This document shows, in pieces, positions 1 through 13,365 of a stretch of 64,000 nucleotides of DNA (within the stretch, counting starts at the first letter, position 1; each line of letters opens with the position of its first letter). Source of the DNA: the human T2T-CHM13v2.0 reference genome, Homo sapiens; NCBI RefSeq assembly GCF_009914755.1, contig NC_060928.1; one strand, 5' to 3'. Made by a program: the position numbers and the translations under genes. Under the pieces are notes generated by a model. The model saw nothing but the letters and a program-made list of their open reading frames with translations. It had not been told where the DNA came from and did not search any database.

Positions 1-250
1 CCACTGGGGCCTAGTGTCCCAATCACAGAGCACACAGATTCTCAACAGCCACTAAGTTAGAATCTGCTTAAGCCTGTCCAGCTCCCCAGGGATGAGGGGA
101 GACAAGCACCACAGCTGAGGTTGCCTACTGTCTAAGCCATTTGAGCTCCTTATGGGAGGGGCGACAGCCAACACTGGGACTGATAGCTACCTAACACACT
201 AAGCTCCCAGGCCAGGGGAATGGTAGCAGCCATCTCTATAGCTCCAGGCT
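1..250 (+). mobile_element. L1 5'UTR fragment (L1P3/L1PA8-type), continues beyond the left edge
   Basis: Repeated AAGC..GAGCTCC..GGGAGGGG..CAGC units (e.g. CTAAGCCATTTGAGCTCC, GCAGCCATCTCTATAGCTCCAGG) resemble L1PA8-era 5'UTR; directly abuts L1 ORF2 sequence. Confidence 0.7.
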
Positions 251-1870
251 ACAAAGATAATAAAATACATAGGAATACACCTAACAAGGGGCATGAAGGA
301 TCTCTTCAAGGAGAAATACAAACCACTGCTCAAGGAAATAAAAGAGTACACATACAAATGGAAAAACATTCCATGCTCATGGATAGGAAGAATCAACATT
401 GTGAAAATAGCCATATTGCCCAAAGTAATTTGTAGATTCAATGCTATTCCCATCAAACTACCATTGACATTCTTCACAGAATTAGAAAAAACTACTTTAA
501 AAATCATATGGAACCAAAAAGAGCCTGTATAGCCAAGACAATCCTAAGCAAAAAGAACAAAGCTGAAGGCATCATGCTACCCGACTTCAAACTATGCTAC
601 AAGGCTACAGTAACCAAAACAGCATGGTACTGGTACCAAAACAGTCACACAGACCAATGGAACAGAACAGAGACCTCAGAAATAACACCACACATCTACA
701 ACATCTGATCTTTGACAAACCTGACAAAAACAAGCAATGGTGAAAGTATTCCCTATTTAATGATGCTGAGAAAACTGGCTAGCCATATGGAGAAAAATGA
801 AACTGGATGCTTCCTTACACCTTATTCAAAAATTAACTAGAGATGGATTAAAGAATTAAATGTAAAATCCAAAAACCATAAAAACCTGGGAAGAAAACCT
901 AGGCAATACCATTCAGGACATAGGCATGGGCAAAGACTTCATGACGAAAACTCCAAAAGCAATTACTACAAAAGCCAAGCTGGCAAATGGGCTCTAATTA
1001 AACTAAAGAGCTTCTGCACAGCAGGAGAAACTATCATTAGAGTGAACAGGCAACCTACAGAATGGGAGAAAAATTTTGCAATCTACCCATCTGACAAAGG
1101 TCTAATAACCAGAATGTATAAGAAACATAAACAAATTTACAAGAAAAAAACAACCCCATCAAAAACTGAGCAAAGGATATGAACAAACACTTCTCAAAAG
1201 AAGACATTTATGCAACCAACAAACATACACTGATATGGTGAGAATGTAAATTAATTCAACCATTGTGGAAGACAGTGTGGTGATTCCTCAAGGATCTAGA
1301 ACCAGAAATACCAGTTGACCCAGCAATCCCATTACTGGTGTATACTCAAAGGAATATAAATCTTTCTACTATAAAGACACAGGCACACAAGTTTATTGCA
1401 GCACTATTTACAATAGCAAAGACATGGAACCAACCCAAATGCCCATCAATGATAAACTGGATAAAGAAAATGTGGCACATATACACCATGGAATACTATG
1501 CAGCCATAAAAAGAAATAAGATCATGTCCTTTCCAGGGACATGAATAAAGCTGGAAGCCATCATCCTCAGCAAAGTAACTCAGGAACAAAAAAGCAAACA
1601 CCGCATGTTCTCACTCATAAGTGGAAGTTGAACAATGAGAACACATGGACACAGGGATGGGAACAACACACACTGGGGACAGTCTGGGGGCTGGAGGCGA
1701 GGGGAGGGACAGCATCAGGACAAATAGCTGATGCATGCGGGGCTTAAAACCTAGATGACAGGTTAATAGGCGCAGCAAACCACCATGGCACATATAAACC
1801 TACGCAACAAATCTACACGTTCTGCACTTGTATCCCAGAACTTAAGGTAAAATAAAAATAAAAATAAATA
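251..1870 (+). mobile_element. L1PA7/8-like 3' part of ORF2 plus 3'UTR and A-tail, disrupted
   Basis: Peptides [35 protein letters not shown] and MEYYAAIK are L1 ORF2p C-terminal motifs; 3'UTR GGGCTTAAAACCTAGATGAC; A-rich tail; frameshifts present. Confidence 0.95.
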
Positions 1871-2449
1871 ATGCCAATAAACCTCTAACACAGGGATGGG
1901 CACATATTTGGCATTATAGCAACTATTGTTATTCACTTCCTTATCATTGTAAATTATTATGATTGTTGTGTTTCATATCTCTGATATCCTCATTTTTCTG
2001 CTGTTATGGCCATATATCAAAAAGGAGGGATGAGAATTACAGAGCATCTGAAGTGGGACAAAAGTGACAAAGTGACTACAGATATCCAGAGTATTGCATT
2101 TTTTCCTAATGCTATCTTTTGTTCTTTGTCTCCTTAGAGGACATAAGACATGGAAATGTCTTTAAATTACATCAAAAGAAATTCTATATATATTAGTAGG
2201 CTTCTTAATTAATACACACTAATCAATACATGCAAGAAGACAAAAAGTAGCACTTTCCCCAGTTGAAGGATACTATAGACCCATGTGACTAAGTTAACCA
2301 TGGGATTAAGTTTAAATACCATCATCTGTTTTATGTGCTTAATTAGATATTGACCAATAAAATAAGGTTTTTTTTGGAAACTACTGCCCATACAATACAC
2401 TAAGGTTTTTCTCATTAATTATTTGTATGGGATCCATTGAACAGTATTT

Positions 2450-2620
2450 TTTATTTGGAATCAGCAGGATGATTCAAAGACCATCTGTAATCTTAAGCCA
2501 CTTATTTAAATTCTCTGAGGTCCTATTTTCACATGTATAAAATGAATTACATACAATTGCTTTACATTCTATAAAAGATTGCTATGAAAATCAAATAACA
2601 AAATATAAATTACAGTGGTT
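2450..2620 (-). mobile_element. MIR fragment
   Basis: CCACTTATTTAAATTCTCTGAG..TTTTCACATGTATAAAATG resembles the MIR core. Confidence 0.55.
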
Positions 2621-3360
2621 TATAAAAAATAATATATTTTTTCATTAAAACCAATAAGATTTTTGTATTCATCTATTTTCACTATGAATTATGTTTTCTC
2701 TTTGTTTTATACTTTATTCTCATAGACATATTTTAAAAATTGTAATGTTTGTATTACTCTGTTGTTCCCAGAACTTTGGTGATCAAGAAGAAATGAAAGT
2801 CTTCCCCTCCTAGGGACTTGATCTCCTCCACAGAAGGACCTTTCATGGTGTGTAATCCCTCATGAGCCCCTGTTCTTTCTCATCTCAATACATTGTGTTT
2901 GCAGGACTCCTCTCTCACCTCCTGAATGGGACCCCTCGAGGGCAGTGAAGGTTTCTTATCTTCTGCTGTATTCCAAACACCCAGCATAGGGCTTGACACA
3001 TTTGTCTTTTGTTGTTGTTGTTGCTCTCTTGTTATTGTCATTTTGTATAAATAAACCAAAGGAAAACCAAGGTTTGATGTTTTCTTTCATATCTGAGAAT
3101 GTGTCTTTCACCTTGGCTTGCATTTCTTTGGTAGGAGTTTACCCTTCTTCCTCTCATGCTCATCACTTCAATCTTAAAAATTCTCCATGTCTACTAAATA
3201 TATATGATAAATAAAGAGTCTCCATCGCTTTTGACTATTATAAATATCTGTGCAGTAAGTTGTTATCAAATAGCAATGCAAGCACAAGAAAATCTGAGTA
3301 TCTTCTTTCTGCCCCAAATGCTTTTGTTAGTCTTTCTTCCTTCACTTAACTCATTTCATT

Positions 3361-3720
3361 TAAAAAAAAATTCTCTAAGTACCAAATTTTTGCCAAGCAT
3401 TGGGCTGTATAGCCAAAACTGAACAAAGCAGGCCCAGTCCCAGTTCTCATTGAACGTATAGAATATATAGAAAACAGATATTTCACAATTAATTATCCTC
3501 AAACGGCATACGTCTTATCACATGAAGTTCAGGGTACTATGGAGCATATATCAGGCACGTATCAGAAGCCTCTAAACTGCTCTAGGATCAAAGAAGTCCT
3601 CACTGAGACATTAACACTTAAGCTGAGATCTGAGGAACAAGAGTTCATGTATTGAGAGGAGTAAGGAATGAAGGAGGGGCAGGGGAAGTGTGAAGGACTG
3701 ATTCAGGGCAAGGAATTATT
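3361..3720 (-). mobile_element. L2 3'-end fragment, continuing at about 4642-5760
   Basis: AACTGAACAAAGCAGGCCCAGTCCCAGTTCTC and ACTTAAGCTGAGATCTGAGG are antisense L2 motifs. Confidence 0.6.
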
Positions 3721-3849
3721 TTAGGATAATTAATATCTGCTTTCTATTATATTCTACAAGTTTCCACAAGAACTGGGACTGGGCCTGCTCTGTTCAGTTT
3801 TGGCTATACAGCCCAATACTTGGCAAAGACTTGGTACTTGGAGAATTTA

Positions 3850-4156
<307 letters not shown>

Positions 4157-4239
4157 ATATATATAATATAATAACAATAATAATAATTCCTTCCCTGATT
4201 CAGTCCTCCATACCTCCCCTGCCCCTTCTTTATTGAATT

Positions 4240-4641
4240 CTCACATGAAAGCTCAACAGGGTATAAGTTCATTTCCAAGTTCACTGAGGTTGTTGGTAGA
4301 ATTCCTCAAAGATATAGGACTGTGGGCCCTGGGTTTTTGCTGGCTATCGGCTACTAAATATGACCCTCAACTTCTAGAGGTCAATTTCTAGAGGCTGCCT
4401 TGCAATTTTTTGCCACATGTATTTCCTCCACATGGTCACTTGATTCATCAAACAAGCAATAGGAGTCTCTGCAGTGAGTCGGCTGGCAAGACGTAATGTA
4501 ATCACCTTTGCCATATTTTATTGTTTAGAAGCCACTTACAGAACTCACCCATACTCAATGAGAGGGGCTCGTACAAGGCTATGAGTACCAGAAACATATG
4601 AAGTAGGGGTAACGCGGGCCACCCTAGAGTCTGTCCATCAC
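4240..4641 (-). mobile_element. MLT1F-like MaLR LTR, truncated on the left
   Basis: GTTGTTGGTAGAATTC, CACCTTTGCCATATTTTATTG..TAGAAGC; ends GAGTCTGTCCATCACA. Confidence 0.7.
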
Positions 4642-5760
4642 ATCTTGTAAGCCATGGGAAATTGTTCAAACTTTATTATAATGAAGAGTTTTAAGTTGTT
4701 TGAACTTTATTAAATGAAGAGTTTTAATGTTTTATAAAAGTAAATGGAAGGAGGCTAGTTTAGGGGCAGTTTCAGTAATTCAGGTGGCCTGCGTTAGAGT
4801 CTTTTCAGGATGACAGAGAGAAACGGACTGCTTCTATAGACAGAAAAATATTGATAAGACTTGTGTCAGATTAGATAAGGAGAGTGAGAAAGAACAAAAA
4901 AATTAAATGTGATTCCAAATTTTCTAGACAAGGACGGAGTGTGGTACTATTTACTCAACTGGGGATTGGTGAAGGGGAAGCATATTTGCAGAAAAGATCT
5001 TGAATTCCACTTAGTATGCAGACAATGTACAGTATATCTTGGGGAGTTTCAAAGGGAGAGATTTAAGAGTGCAATCTGGGCTGTGAGAGAGATTTGGCAG
5101 TCTTATGTAAGTAGACTAAGGTCACGGCAGTAATGAAATCATCCGAAAGGGTTATCTAGTGTGAGACAAGCAGAAGATCCATGATGTAAGATGAAATAAA
5201 TGCAGCAATATTTCAAGGGAAAAAAATGTACTAGAGAGAGAGAAACACCGGAAAGGGGAAGAAAAAGATGTGTTATCATTTAAGCCAAGTGAAGAGATTG
5301 CTTTGTAAAGCACAAAACGCTGTTATCAGATCATTGAAGAGAATGATTCAAAAGTGCGCATTAGATTTCATGAGTATAGGCCTGGCCCTGTGATCCTGGC
5401 ACTTTGGGAGGCTGAGGTGGGTGGATCACTTGAGGTCATGAGTTTGAGACCAGCCTGGCCAACATGGTAAAACCCCATCTCTACTAAAAATACAAAAATT
5501 AGCCAGAAATCACTTGAACCCAGGAGGTGGAGGTTACATTGAGCTGAGATCGCTACTGCACTCCAGCCTGGTCTACAGAGTGAGACTCTGTCTGGAAAAA
5601 AAAAAAAAAAACAGATTTCATGACTATGCGGGCTATTTGCAGTGAATGCTGGAGGCTGAAGCTAGGCATTTATAACGAGTTGTGGTGTGTGGACAAACAC
5701 AGATATTGAATTGAAGCCAAGGGTTGTAAGGAAGTTCTGTTGCATACATTGACTTGGAAG
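4642..5760 (-). mobile_element. L2 fragment (interrupted by Alu)
   Basis: TTCAGTAATTCAGG, ATTTACTCAACTGGGG, GATCATTGAAGAGAATGATT..TTAGATTT are degenerate L2 motifs. Confidence 0.6.
5379..5611 (+). mobile_element. AluS with two internal deletions
   Basis: Alu sequence with junction AAATTAGCCA|GAAATCACTTG; TSD AGATTTCATGA(G/C)TAT on both sides. Confidence 0.93.
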
Positions 5761-6278
5761 TGACTTTACTGGAGCTGCAAGGAACACTCAGAGGAGAGAT
5801 GAAGAGAGGAAAGGAGGGGTGGAATGGTGGATCCAAGGAGCTAAAGCCTGAGGGAAAATTGCAGTGTGCCTTAAGGGACTTATATATTGGGCAGAGTATG
5901 AGAAAAAAATGATAAGACATAGAGAGTGTGGCTGGCTAAGGCTGAGGGATTCCCAGAATACTGAGTCCCAAGAGTCCTGTCTGTGGGTACTCAGGCATCT
6001 CAGATTTATAAAGGTCTGGCCTGGACAGCTTCCTGTGGTGGTAAAGTGCCAACCAGGGAAATCCTGTCATATGCTATTTCTGTCCAAAAGAACCCATTTA
6101 AAATACCATAGGAATGTGCTAAGAACCAAGGTTGTTAGCTAGGAGTGAAAAGCATAGGAATAGAAATTGAGTTCCCTTTATTCTTCAATTAGACTATAAA
6201 CTCCTTAAGAACAGGACTGCTGAACCTCAGCACAGCACTGGGAACACAGCAGGTGCTAAATAAATACATACAAAAATA

Positions 6279-8641
6279 CAGGCATATCTTGATTTACTAT
6301 ACGTTGCTTTATTGTGCTTCACAGGTTTTGTGATTTTTACAGATTGAGGATTTGTGGCAACCCTGCATCGAGCAAATCTATTGGTGTCATTTTTCCAACA
6401 GTATGTGCTCACTCTCTGTCTCTGTGTCACATTTTGGTCATTCTCCCAATATTTCAAACTTTTTCATTATGATTATATCTGTTATGGTGATCTGTAAGCA
6501 GTGGTCTTTGATGTTATTATCACAATTATTTTGGGGGGCCACAACTGTGCCTACATAAGACAGGAAACTTAATTGATAAATGTTGTGTGTGCTCTGACCT
6601 CTCCACCAACTGGTTATCTACCCATCTGTATCCCTGTTCTTCAGTCTTCCTATTCTCTGAGACACAATGAGATTGAAATTAGGCTGATTCATTACCCTAC
6701 AACAGGCTCTAAGTGTTCAAGTGAAAGGAAGAATCTCAAGTCTCTAACTTTAAGACAAAATCTAGAAAGGGTTAAGTTGAGTGAGGAAGACATGTTAAAA
6801 GCCAAGATGCGCACTAAGCTAGACCCTTTGCACCAAATAGACAAATTGTAAATGCAAACGAAAAAATTATTAAAGGAAATTAAAAGTGCTACTCCAGTGA
6901 ACACATGAATGACAAGAAAGCAAAACAGTCTTATTGATAATACGGAGAAACATTGAGAGGTCTCGTTAGAAGATCAAACCAGCTAGAACATTCCCTTAAG
7001 CCAAAGCCTAGTACAGAGCAAGGTCCTAACTCTCTTCAATTCCATGAAGACTGAAAGAGGTGAGGAAGCTGTAGAAGAAAAGCTGGAAGCTAGCAGAGGT
7101 TGGTTCACGAGGTTTAAGGAAAGAAGCTGTCTCCATAGCGTAAAAGTGCAAGGTGAAGCAGCAAGTGCTGATGGAGAAGCTGCAGTAAGTTATCTGGAAG
7201 ATCTACTAAGATAATTGGTGAAGGTGGCTACAGTACACAACATATTTTCAGTGTAGATTAAACAGCCTTCTATTGGAAGAAGATGCCATCTAGGACTTTT
7301 ATATCTACAGGAAAGTGAATGCCTCGCTTCAAAGCTTCAAAGATCAGGCTAACTTTCTTGTTAGGGGTTAATGAAACCAGTGATTTTAAATTGCAGCCGA
7401 AGTTCATTTGCCATTCCAAAAATCCTGGGGCCTTAAATAGTTATGCTTAATCTACTCTGCCCATGCTCTATAATGAAACAACAAAGCCTGGATGACAGCA
7501 CATCTTTTACAGCATGGTTTATTCAATATTTTAAGCCCACTGTTGAGAACTTCTGCTCAGAAATAAAGATTCCTTCCAAAATATTAATGTTCATTGACAA
7601 TGCACTGGGTCACCCAAGAGCTCTAGTGAAGATATACAAGGAGATTAATGTTATTTTCATGACTTCTAACAGAACATCTTATCTATTCTGCAGCCCATGG
7701 ATCAAGGAATAATTTTGACTTTCAAGTCTTATTTAACAAATACATTTTGTAAGGTTATAGCTGCCGTGATGATGCCTCTGAAACATCTGGGCAAAATAAA
7801 TTGAAAACCTCTGGAAAGGATTCACCATTCTAGATGCCATTAAGAACACTTATGATTCATGGGAGGAAGTCAAAATATCAACATTAACAGGAGTTTGGAA
7901 CAAGTTGATTTCAGCCCTGATGCATGATTTTGAAGGGTTCAAGGCCAGTGGAGGAAATAACTGCAGATGTGGTGGAAATAACAAGAGAACTAGAAGTGGA
8001 ACCAGAATCTCTGACTGAGTTATTGTAATCTTATGATAAAACTTGAACAGATGAGGAGTTGCTTCTTATGAATGAGCAAGAAAAGGAGTTTCTTGAGATA
8101 CAATATAGTCCTGGTGAAGATGCTGTGAACACTGTTGAAATGACAATGTAAGATTTAGAATATTACATAAGCTTAATTGATACAGCATCAAGATTTGAAA
8201 TAATTTACTCCAATTTTGAAATAAGTTCCACTATGGGTAAAATGTTATCTAGTAGCATCACATACTACAGAGAAATCTTTCATGAAACAAAGACTCAATC
8301 AATGAGGCAACTTCATTGTAGGTTTAAGAAATTGGCACATCCACCCCAGTCTTCAGCAACCACCACCCTGATCCATCAGCTGCCATCAACTTCAAAGCAA
8401 GACCTTTCACTAGGAAAAAGAAAACTCAGATGACTGTTAGCAGTTTTTAGCAATAAAGTATTTTTGGTTAAGATATGTCCATTTTTTTAAGATTTAATGC
8501 CATTGTGCACTGAATAGATTATAGTATAAATATAACTTATATGTGCACTGGCAAACAAAATTACTGCGATTTGCTTTATTGCAATATTAGCCTTATTGGA
8601 GTGGTCTAGAACTGAATCTACAATAGTACTGAAGTTGCCTG
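6279..8641 (+). mobile_element. Tigger1 DNA transposon (TcMar-Tigger), near full length, dead transposase
   Basis: TA|CAGGCATA ... TGCCTG|TA termini with TA TSD; about 2.36 kb; peptides KLSEEDMLKAK and [30 protein letters not shown] match Tigger1/TIGD1-type transposase; many stops. Confidence 0.95.
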
Positions 8642-10736
8642 TAAGTATGCCATGAATTAATGAATGACCTAGACATTAATGAATAAAGCAACAATAAGAA
8701 ATTCATTAAATTCACTCAAAAATCTTAAGTAACTATTGTTTAAAATATTGTCATGAAGGCAGGACAAAAGATACTATGAAAATGATAACTATTATTGTTA
8801 TAAAATCTACAGGCCTCTTCCATGAACACATTATCCAGTCTCTCCCTCTTAATGCCCTAATTTTCTTTGTTAAAATATTTATTTTTCAATGTTATTTTAA
8901 ACTTATTTATAATAAGCAAAATGTGAGAGTTTATCATTGTTTGTAGAAAGAAAGAAGTGCCTATAAACCATGCTTCTAACATTAACTCTTTGACCTTGTG
9001 AAAAGGGAATTCTCATGACTAATTAGTATGCACATCATCTGGAGGAGGCAAATAAAATTGTGCAGGCTGCTGTAGCAGATTGCTGTGCATAAAGGCCATT
9101 AGCTTCTAGGAAAGGATAGATTTTTCCAGTGTACCCAGGTAAAAAATATTTTTCAAACCTTGATAACTTCATCCTTTTATTCGACCTAGAGCCCATTTAC
9201 CTCAAAAGTGTGTGAACCCCACCTCACAACCCCTCTCCGGAATTAATTGGGTATTCACAAGTGTTATTAAATTGATTGAATATATAGATCTTTTTCAAAT
9301 GTCCTAGACAATTACATACTTTAATACCTTTGTTTTAATTTAAAATGAATTCTGTTTTTACTCATTTCCAGAGCAACCCAAGGTAACCAAAATAAATATA
9401 GGATAATAGTAATTGAATAAGAGAAAAATACATATCACTCCACTTATCTAGTGATAAACACCAGTATCACCATTGTGTAAATGTTTATAACTTCCTCCAT
9501 TTTATCTGTTATGTTTGCATATTTTGCATTTCTTAATCAATTTTTAATTTTTAAAATTTTCATCTTTTTTTACTCTTATACAGATAAAATTATTTTGTTA
9601 TTTTTCATAACCATTTATGTTGACACATAACACACATACACATGATACATATATTAGTTTATTTTATCAATCTTTATTTCTTGACATAGAACTTGTTTTC
9701 CACTTTTCATAATGTCACAAAATTCTCATCTAAATCCTGCACATATTTCTGACTAATCCCTCAGGATAAGAAACCAGAACTTAATAGCCAAGATTTTATA
9801 CATTTTCAGGCATGTGATATCATTGCTAGGTTGTCCTCCAAAAGTGTTGTAATAGTATATGCTCCCCACCTACACTGTATGACATCATCACTTCCTGAAG
9901 CTAAACCAAGGAGATGTTATCATGTAACATGCAAAGGTTAACTGAGTTGGAATTATGTACTAATTATGATGAAAGATAATTTCTCAGAATTTCCTTAGAA
10001 AAATAGTCTTCTGTGCTTGGAAAAGGGGAAGACAGTGGCAGGAGTTTAACTTCTGACTTCGTTTGGAGGATGTTTGATTACAATGCTCTTGACTCAGAAA
10101 CATAAATTGCCACAAAAGACCTTCTGTTGGCCATTAAACTGCAGAGCACAGGCAGGAAACTACGTAGCATGTCAGGCTTTTGTTTATTTAACACCGTCGG
10201 TGAGATGTACTTAGCAGTTATTATCTGCTCAGTGCTCTTCTAGGCATGAAAGCAAGGGGGAAAAATGTAGGTATGTTTCTTATTCTCAAGAATTTTATTA
10301 ATTGAAGAGAAAAAATATATATGGCAGCCAAACAAGGAAATATTTGAAAAGTAACAATTGAGTTGCATGAATCAGTATAAGTTATAGTAGTCTGAGGAGA
10401 AGAGAAAACTTTGGCTTCCTTAATAAGCAATTTATGAGAAAAAATATGTAGTTTCAACACGAGATTGAAGAATGATGTAGAGGATTACAACAGGGAAAAA
10501 AGTAATACAATCTAAACAATCATAAAATGAAAGTGAGCATGGCACAACTAATTTTCACTAGATCCATTGGACAGGAATGGAAAGATTATATTGGCAAGTG
10601 TAGAAGATAATGTGGTAAGTTTTCTTAGGACAAGATAAAAACGTGCTGGATTCTAGGATAAGAAATAACTTATAAATTCAATTAAGTCAACTGAAAGTTT
10701 CTGTTTAGGGAAATAAAATGAAAAAGTCATGATTCA

Positions 10737-11126
<390 letters not shown>

Positions 11127-11311
11127 CTAACTAAACATTAGGACAAGAGAGTTATCTTCTTTTTTAAAGGTTTGTACTCAGAAAGCCCATGGTTTAGGCA
11201 AAATTATGCACTGAAATATTAACTTGTTGGTTTTTTGTGTATTTGTTTTTGCTGCTGAAAAATTAGAGATGAAAGCTCCTATGGGAAAGCTCCTTTTGCC
11301 TTGAAGCTCAT

Positions 11312-11660
11312 TCTCTTAGTTCATTTGTGCTGCTAAACCAAAATACTTTGGATAATTTATAACAAAACAGAAATGAATCTTCTCACAGTTACAGAGACTG
11401 AGAAGTCCAAGAGGGAATTAGCAGATTCAGTGTCTGGCAAGGGCTCCTCTCCCTTACTGTATCCTCTCATGGTGGAAGGGGCTAAAAAGGGACAAGCACA
11501 CTCCCTTTGACTACTTTTAGAAAGTACTCATCAATTCATGAGGGCAAAGCCCTCATTGTTAAATCACTTCCCCAAAAGCCCCACCTCTTCATACCATCAC
11601 TTCAGGGTCTAAATTCCAACATATGAATTTTGGAGGAGCACATACATTGAGACCACAGCA
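11312..11660 (-). mobile_element. MLT1A/MSTD-like MaLR solo LTR
   Basis: TCTTAGTTCATTTGTGCTGCT...AATCACTTCCCAAAAGCCCCACCTC...CAACATATGAATTTTGG...CCACAGCA. Confidence 0.85.
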
Positions 11661-12889
11661 CTCACAATAGAAGAAAAAGTAATTTCTCCGTGGGGTAGGA
11701 TTGGAGCCCCTTCTAGACTCTGTCTTTTGAAACCAGCCTGTCACATCCTCTACCCATTCATGTTCTGACCTTCTCTCAGGGGGCTCTGTCCCTTCTGAGG
11801 AGACCTGAAGTTGTCCAGTATGCTGGTTACTAAGTGGATGAATAGGTCTAATTGTCAAGATGTAAAGTATTTACTAGTGCATTTGGCCACACATCTAAAA
11901 CCACCTCTCCAATCAGCTTTATCAGTAATACAGCTGGCCTAATGATCTCTCTCTTGGTAATCTCTGTCTACCTCTCAAATAATTCTGAAATAATGAGGAG
12001 AAGAAAGGAATTATTTGCCACTCTCACAAAAGAGCTAAATTTTATTGTGTAGATAACAGTTAAATGTACCTAAAAAACATTTTCTGTTTCTACCTACCTT
12101 TTATATTCTTAAAGCCTGAACTCTTGAGGATATTTTACAAGTAAGGACAAGAGAATCCACATGTACTTTGAATATGGGAAGGCTCAAACTTGGAGAGTAA
12201 TGATGAGGTTCCTTATGTCTGGATGGAGACTAGGTCCATGGGACTTTTGGTATTGTAGATCTATGTCCAGCTCCCTTGCAGCACCCTGGTGGATTAGCAA
12301 AACCTGGAGGAATGACTGAGCGGTGCATCTCACAAGCCTCAACACTCAGCTCAGTGTTTCCAGCTTCACCAGCATCCAGTAGCCAGCGCTGGCTACAAAG
12401 ATGCTGAGTTCCTAGATTTAAGTGGAATGACCACACATGTGAGTTTCCCTGCAACGGTCCAGATTTTTGTGTTATTCTGTCATAATTTTACTTGCACCCT
12501 ATTATACTCTTCTAGTTTGGTTGATAAGTTATGCAATTGCCCTTAAAACTTTCAAGAGACAAGGTGGAGCTTTGCAATGAGGATTCAAATAGTGAACAGC
12601 GTAGGCAGCACCAAATGAATTAGAAGATATCCCTCAGTCACACCTCAAGTAAATGGAAGCACCTCAAATGAGACCTAAGAATGGCTTTTTTCAGGCGATA
12701 CAGTCAGATCTTGTTTTCCTTCACTGGTTTCTAAATCTTTGCCTTCCTAGTTTGCCATGCAGGTCATGCTTCAAATTCTTCCAAAATATCATGGACAGAT
12801 TTCTCACCCTGACCTTCAAGTTCAATAAAACCAGGGAATACCTAGGGATGTTTTATTCAATAAATCACATGCATCTCTTTTATCACACA

Positions 12890-13365
12890 ATGTCTTCTAC
12901 CACTATTCCCCTTGTTCACTTCCCTTTGGCCACATTGGCCTTCTCAATGTTCCTTGACTTCTCAGTCAAGCCCCTACCTGAGGGCTTTTGCCTTTGATGT
13001 TTCCTCTTCCTGTAATGCTTTTCTCTCAGATATATGTGTATCTTACTCCCTCATTTCATGAAGTTATCTGCTGAAATGTCACCTTATCACTGAGCCCTTC
13101 CATGACAATTCTTTAGGAAAGAGGAAGCAGTATCCATGCTGCCCCTCTCCCTCTTCCCCACTACCTGGTCCCTTACTGTGCTTTATTTTTTCCCACAGCT
13201 CTTAATAATTATTGGCATATGATATATTTACTTATATGTTTGATTAACCCTTTTCTCTAGCTATAAAATAAGTTTCAAGAAGGCAGGGACTTATTTTCCT
13301 GGCTATATCTCTAGCTCCTTCAATAGTGCTTAGCACATAGTTGGCTTGCAATAAATATGTGCTTA
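12890..13365 (+). mobile_element. L2a 3' end
   Basis: AGGGCTTTTGC, AAATGTCACCTTATCA, TAGTGCTTAGCACATAGTTGGCTTGCAATAAATA. Confidence 0.8.

Noticed and set aside
293-1544. ORFs with L1 ORF2p peptides
   Set aside because: Frameshifted fragments of a dead L1, not a gene.
6573-8433. Transposase-like ORFs (possible TIGD gene)
   Set aside because: Multiple stops and frameshifts, with TIRs present; an ordinary Tigger1 fossil.
12272-12295. CTCF-like CCACCAGGGTGCTG on the minus strand
   Set aside because: Mismatches in the conserved GGC core; too weak without ChIP data.
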